A stretch of DNA of 43,476 bases from Diploschistes diacapsis (lineage: Eukaryota), in the NCBI GenBank assembly GCA_023645945.1, contig JALAIB010000036.1, forward strand, positions 1 to 43,476. Direction: 5' to 3'. The notes beneath the pieces are model-generated. The model had not been told where the DNA came from. It did not search any database and saw nothing but the letters and a program-made list of their open reading frames with translations. This document shows, one piece after another, positions 37,746 through 43,476 of this stretch (its first letter is position 1; every line of letters starts with the position of its first letter). Position numbers and translations under genes: made by a program.

Positions 37746-39605
37746 ATGGCAGACTCCGAGTACAGGACATGGGCTGCCGTAGCATCCTCGGAAGATGCGG
37801 CCATGACCGAAAAGAGCGCACCAGATGCTCCTCGGGCCCTTCTCTCTCCTCCAATGATGGATGACGAGAAGAGCAAAAGAGCCAGTTCGGCCTCAAGCTT
37901 CACCGATCTTTCGATTGAGAAGCCTATCGACACAGACAAGGATACCGAGGCCGGGTCACAGAAGGAAGCTGCTCTGGACCTTGCCAAAACCGTAACTGCG
38001 ACTTCTGAAAAGAAGCATGGACTGGAGCTCAAGAAGACGAAGACCGCCGCGGAAACAATCGCATCGGTGGCGGACCAAGTCCCCGCCTCCGTCAAACTTG
38101 TCGGCATTGTCGCTGCCCTTGCGTTATCCATCTTCTTGGTCTCTCTCGATATGACAATTGTTGCTACCGCTATCCCAGAAATTACGACCGAATTCAACTC
38201 TCTCAACGACGTGGGTTGGTACGGGAGCGCCTTTTTTCTAACCATCGCTTCATTTCAATCCACGTGGGGGAAGATATACCGCTTCTTCCCACTGAAAACA
38301 TCATTCTTGATATCGATCTTCATCTTCGAAGTCGGATCGCTCATTTGTGCTCTTGCCCCGAACTCTGTCACCCTGATCGTGGGACGCGCCGTCGCTGGCG
38401 TTGGCGGAGCTGGCGTGTCATCCGGATCCTACACTCTCATGGCCTTCGCCGCTCCCCCTGAGAAGCGGGCAGCGTTCACAGGGATCATGGGTGCCGCGTA
38501 CGGTATTGCCAGTGTCGCTGGCCCGCTACTTGGCGGTGTCTTCACATCCGATGTTACCTGGCGATGGTGCTTCTATGTGAACCTCCCGATTGGTGGCTTC
38601 TCCGCCGCCATCATCTTCATCTTCTTTCAAACGCCACCTGCAGCCAAGCCACAGCAAGCAAGCTGGAAAGAGAAGCTGCTTCAAATGGATTTTCCCGGCA
38701 CTGTCGTCATCATGGCTGGTGTGGTCTGCTTTTTGCTAGCAATTCAATGGGGCGGCACTACTAAGTCGTGGAACGATAGCCAGGTCATTGGTCTCTTGGT
38801 TGGCTTTGGTCTATTCCTCATTGTGTTCATTGCCATCGAATACTTTTCTGGCGAGCGCGCTCTACTCGTTGGACGTCTCGTCAAACAGCGTAATATTTCC
38901 GTGGCCATGCTATTCGTCTTTTTCTTCGCAGGGTCCTTCTTCCTCCTCCTATATTATCTGCCGATCTACTTCCAGAGTGTCGATGGTGTGTCGCCCGCCC
39001 AATCTGGCGTGAGGAACATCCCCCTCCTTGTCGCTGCTTCAATACTTTCTATCCTGTCCGGTAACGCCATTGGCGCACTTGGCTACTACCAGCCATTCCT
39101 CATCGGAGGAAGCGCGCTTACCACGATCGGAGCTGGCCTCATCTACACTCTAGACATTGGGACAGGCACGGGCAAGTGGATTGGATATCAGATAATTACG
39201 GGCGTTGGAATCGGGCTTGCCATTCAAACAGCCGTCATTGTTGGGCAAGCTTCCGTCGAAGCTGCCGATCTATCAACAGTTACTGCCATGATCTTATTTG
39301 CTCAGACCATTGGAGGCGCATTCTTCGTCCAGGCCGGCCAATCGGCATTTTCAAACCAGCTGTTGACGGATGTCCCCACCACCGCACCAGGAGTTAGTCC
39401 TGAACGCGTCCTTGCCACCGGCGCCTCGGATCTAAGAACAGTTTTCGATGCACAGCAATTACCAGGGGTTCTAGAAGCATACATGTCCGGTCTTCGTACT
39501 GCATACGCCATTGGAATCGCATTGGGCGGTGTGGCATTCATCGTCTCGTTCTTCACAACGTGGAAGAGCATCAAGGGCAAAGCAATCAGTGGAGGCGCCG
39601 CTTAG
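37746..39605 (+). CDS. MFS drug:H+ antiporter-2 (14-TM, toxin-efflux type) transporter
   Basis: Uninterrupted 619-aa ORF with FLVSLDMTIVATAIPEIT, DVGWYGSAFFL, GRAVAGVGGAG, GPLLGGVFT..TWRWCFYVNLPIGG and YYLPIYFQSV. Confidence 0.95.
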   Translation: MADSEYRTWAAVASSEDAAMTEKSAPDAPRALLSPPMMDDEKSKRASSASSFTDLSIEKPIDTDKDTEAGSQKEAALDLAKTVTATSEKKHGLELKKTKTAAETIASVADQVPASVKLVGIVAALALSIFLVSLDMTIVATAIPEITTEFNSLNDVGWYGSAFFLTIASFQSTWGKIYRFFPLKTSFLISIFIFEVGSLICALAPNSVTLIVGRAVAGVGGAGVSSGSYTLMAFAAPPEKRAAFTGIMGAAYGIASVAGPLLGGVFTSDVTWRWCFYVNLPIGGFSAAIIFIFFQTPPAAKPQQASWKEKLLQMDFPGTVVIMAGVVCFLLAIQWGGTTKSWNDSQVIGLLVGFGLFLIVFIAIEYFSGERALLVGRLVKQRNISVAMLFVFFFAGSFFLLLYYLPIYFQSVDGVSPAQSGVRNIPLLVAASILSILSGNAIGALGYYQPFLIGGSALTTIGAGLIYTLDIGTGTGKWIGYQIITGVGIGLAIQTAVIVGQASVEAADLSTVTAMILFAQTIGGAFFVQAGQSAFSNQLLTDVPTTAPGVSPERVLATGASDLRTVFDAQQLPGVLEAYMSGLRTAYAIGIALGGVAFIVSFFTTWKSIKGKAISGGAA

Positions 39606-40303
39606 ACAATTTTCTCTTGAGCCGGGTCTCAGAATCTTGTATTGCTATTAATGTCAAAACGATACCCTGGGAATGGAACGGATAGAAGGATGAGGAGGCT
39701 TATCTTGATTTAGAGTAGAGTTGACAAAGCATTAGATTTTCACGGGTCCACGACGCAGTGAAAGAGGCTACAGTTGATTACGGAACATGAAGATAGACAA
39801 CACCATCGAAGCAATAAAAGTTAATGAAGGTTCAGGATATGGCTTCTTCAACTTGCAATGACATGGCTCGCATGTGAGAGATGATTTGTCTCTTGTGGAT
39901 ATATTGACAGTAGTGGTGTTCAGGAGAATGCAAGAGGATTTCGTGATGAAGTGTGGCCTCTCATTTGGGACTGTTGCAGTTTAATACCTGCATTGCTCCA
40001 GATACCAGAGACTTTTAGTTCCTCTGTCCTGAATATAACTTCCCGGACCGAAGTCCTCGGAGAAGCATGAAGCCTCGGGCCGAGCGGACTCCGTGCCAAG
40101 ATGGCTGTGGGTCATCAACAAGTAATTTCTCAGCATCACCTAAACCGCACAGCAGGCCCTCCGTGGGGATATTCGAAATGGATATTCTAAGCAAGCTCGA
40201 TAAAGATAGCTTAGAGGCACATTACTCTTCACACACCCATATCTCTCCTCTTTCTCAATCTGTTATATAGCAAGAGCTTGAGGCGACGTCTTAGTGGACG
40301 GCC

Positions 40304-41540
40304 ATGCCTCTAATTATGCCCAATCTCCCCGCCCACGGCTCACCCGCTTACAAGCCTCCCCCTCTCCCCTCCGAGGGCATATACCACTACGATCTAACGC
40401 AGCAGCGCCCTGGGTCCTCCTTTACTGACGTTCCTCCACCACCATCTCTTCTCAGTCCCGCCTTCACGCCGCCAAGTACACCCGGTCTCAGCACACCTAC
40501 CACTTCCACCACAACACCGCCTCACCCTGAGTATCGCCCCGCCCGCTCCGTGCCCGTTGACACTACGTCCATTTCTTTCGCTCATTCACAGCGTCGTTAC
40601 TTACTCGAGCGCCTACCTACAGTTCACTGCGTGGTGCGTGCCCGAATACCCACAACAACAGGGGCCGAGATGTTCCTTCATTTGTACCAAAACGACGTGG
40701 ACAATAAAGAACACCTTGCAATTGTTTTTGGGAACAAAATCAGGAGCAGCAGCCTAGATGCCCCTGTGCCGGGGGAAACGGAGCTGGATAGGATGATTCG
40801 CGGGGCTTATGTAGGAAGATTGCATCCGGGGCGTGTCTCGAGCAAGGCGGATGATACTACAGAGGAAGGCACACATGGAGAAAAGCAAGGCCAAAGAGGG
40901 GCAGACGATGTCGCTGCAGGCGGAGAGTCAAAGGACGGAATGGAGGAAAGGCCGCAGCTGCCTCTTGTTCGCATCCACTCCGAATGCTATACCGGCGAAA
41001 CAGCTTGGTCCGCGCGCTGCGACTGCGGCGAACAGCTCGACGAGGCCGCCCGCCTCATGTCTCAGCCTTCGCAATCCACTTCCCCATCCAGCGCGGGCGG
41101 CGTGATTGTTTATTTGCGGCAAGAGGGCCGAGGGATTGGCCTCGGCGAGAAGCTCAAGGCTTACAATCTGCAAGATCTGGGAAAAGACACGGTCGAGGCG
41201 AATCTCATGCTCAGACATCCGGCTGATGCACGGAGTTACGGGCTGGCGACCGCCATACTCATGGACCTTGGACTAGGAGGGGAAGAAGGGATCAGGCTGT
41301 TGACGAACAACCCGGATAAGGTGGTTGCGGTAGAGGGGCCGAACAGGGAAGTTAGAGTGAGGGAGAGGGTGGCTATGATCCCGCTGAGTTGGAAGACGGG
41401 CGGGAAGCAAGGGGTTAGGGGAGAGGAAATCGAGGGGTACCTGCGGACAAAGGTGGGTTCTTCGACGAGAGAGAGGAGATGCTATGGAACATGAGCTAAT
41501 GACTGTGCAGATTGGAAAAATGGGACACATGATTGAGTGA
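40304..41540 (+). CDS. RIB1: GTP cyclohydrolase II (riboflavin biosynthesis)
   Basis: [71 protein letters not shown] and LLTNNPDK. Intron 41453-41510, then IGKMGHMIE*. Confidence 0.96.
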
Positions 41541-43045
41541 GGAAAACCTCGGGGTTTCGTTGTCTCATCACCTAGCAACGCTCGCGAGATGTAGGATTCG
41601 AAACGAGCGAAGCGAACGAATGAATGAGGAAGCTTACATCAGCTGACTATGTCTCGAAGGAGTGAAGTAAAAGGACAGCAGCCTTCCGGACAAGGGAGCT
41701 CACACCAGCAGCGGAACACTCCAGCTACCTTGAACGGTAAAGAATGCGACGATCATAGATTTATCTATCTGAGCCAAACGAATTTGGAAAAGGATCTTAC
41801 GATGAACTTCCAAATAATTTGGGAAGTCTCAATCAACCACGAAAAGAGCCTCTGGGCTGGAAGGTTAACAAATGCGTTGCGAATTCCTGAAGAGGTGCTA
41901 AACATTAAATGTAACTAGGTCAAGGGCCTCGACCACGGTGGCTGTGCATTTTTGATGCATGCAGCCCACGAATCCATCCAACCCATGCCCATTCCAAAAA
42001 CACATTGCATACAAACAGAGGGCAATGTAAGTGGCGAGACTAAGCTCAGTCAGTACAGCCTATTGTCCAGTACAGCTTGCGCGCAGGCAAAAGTACCAGA
42101 CGTGAATGGCAAGCTAAAGCTCAACTGAGGATGTCACAAATAACATCCACCTCAACCTCCCGCTCACTCACAACTCGCTAAGATACGCCATGGCTTGTTG
42201 TCGCCGATATCCTCTGCAGTCATCATCGGACTGTCGAGTTGTGGCCATGGTTTGTCTCCCGTGTTGTTCGACCCCATCTTCGGGCTATTGAACTCCATGT
42301 TCAGACTGCTATACTGTAATTCGGGACTGCTGGACTTTATCGATGGGCCGCTGAACTCATCTTCGGACTGCCTAGATGTGGCCAGGGCTTGCAATCTGCT
42401 GCATTCTCCTATTCCGTCTCCGGATTACGGCGATGCCGCCATTCGCCCTCTTTCCAAGCCATCCTGTGCTCGGCCTCCATGCTGTATCGTCCGCCCAGCT
42501 CCTCGTCCCCGCAATCCATCGACCTCAGCCGCCTTGACGTGGATGTCGGCAAGCGCGTCAACTATGCTCACGAATCATCCCATACGGCCACGGCCCGCAT
42601 TCACGGATATCGGCCGTCAAATCGAAATCCGCCGTCTTGCACACGCGGAAAGAAAGCCATGGCGACTGCAGCATAGGCACAAGCGTCGCTTCTTCATCCC
42701 CTTTTGTCTTGCGATTCGCCATAGAGTGCAGAAGGTCGGGTTGAGGAAGATGTTGGAGCGTCCGGCGGAGAGGAGGGGGGAGAGGTCGAGGGGGTTGAGC
42801 ATTGTGGTGTGGCGGTGGGGAGGTGTGGTGGAGAAGTGGTGGAGCGTGGTACTGTGCGGTATGGTGGGATGTTGTGCGATATTTCTCTGCGGTTCTGTGC
42901 GACATGAGCGCACAGGAGTTTTAAGTAGAAAGAATACAAAAGTGGATAATGGCTCGGACAGGAAAAGGGGAAGTCCAGAAATCATCTTTCCCATCGCCCC
43001 TCCACCCAGCTTCCTCGTCCATCAGGCAAGCTCGCCACAATGAGC

Positions 43046-43375
43046 CCATGCCATGCCATGCCATGCCACAACGCGCCACTATGAGTCCCAGCCAGCCTGG
43101 ACCCCCACCGCCACTGCCACTGCCACTGCGTGCTCGAAACACACGACGAACACGCGTCGCTCGAGTTCGGCCCCTCGCCCCCCGCCCCCAAACGCATGCG
43201 TACCGTCCTTTTCCGCATCCACGTTCTGCCGCCAGCAGCCCTCAAACCCCGCCTCTCTCTCTCTCTCTCTCTCTTTTGAGAAAAAGGGAAAATGAAAAAA
43301 ACTCAAAAAAAAAAACTCAAGCAGATCGGTTGGCTATTGTGGTCGTCGTCGTCGTTGCTGCTGCTGCTGCTGCTG
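43046..43375. repeat. Cluster of simple repeats: (CCATG)x4, (CT)x11, poly-A tracts, (GTC)x4(GCT)x6
   Basis: Read directly at 43046-43065, 43253-43274, ~43295-43316 and 43342-43374. Confidence 0.85.
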
Positions 43376-43476
43376 CAGTTGCTGTTGGCGGGCTTCGGCG
43401 CGCCTCTCGCGCGCCCCTTTTTTCCACGCATTAGATCAGTCTCTTCTTTCTGTGCACTCACTACCTAGTGTTCTTT

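Noticed and set aside
14671..41540. Riboflavin link between the MCH-like transporter and RIB1
   Set aside because: They are about 25 kb apart, the transporter is a pseudogene, and its substrate cannot be inferred from sequence.
42195..43434. 282-aa and 161-aa + strand ORFs near the window end
   Set aside because: Low-complexity translations of GC-skewed, repeat-rich DNA with non-ATG or weak starts and no family motifs.

Overview
Fungal nuclear DNA, most likely a filamentous ascomycete (Pezizomycotina), judged from short GT-AG introns with CTAAC/CTGAC-type branch sites and the gene families present. It has three zones. (1) 0.5-12.1 kb is a compact, intact housekeeping block: PIP-kinase-like gene, peroxisomal catalase, RER1, mitochondrial enoyl-CoA hydratase, ARL1, ARP8 and PAF1. 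(2) 12.5-27.1 kb is a ~14.6 kb run of eight consecutive pseudogenes from secondary-metabolism families: a DIT1/PvcA isocyanide synthase, an MCT-type MFS transporter, an SMP-30/lactonase interrupted by a 106-bp Tc1/mariner-type MITE, an SDR, a GMC oxidoreductase fragment, a PTH11-like membrane protein, a Zn-ADH/enoyl-reductase-like gene and a laccase. It looks like a fossil accessory or isocyanide biosynthetic cluster. (3) 27.5-43.5 kb holds a large, apparently intact unknown protein with a Trp-studded GW/WG-rich disordered tail, a degenerate F-box gene, a divergent Zn2Cys6 TF / DHA2 efflux pump pair sharing a CGGACGGACG motif, GTP cyclohydrolase II, and a repeat-rich unassigned end. All family calls come from motif recognition by eye; no database search was run.
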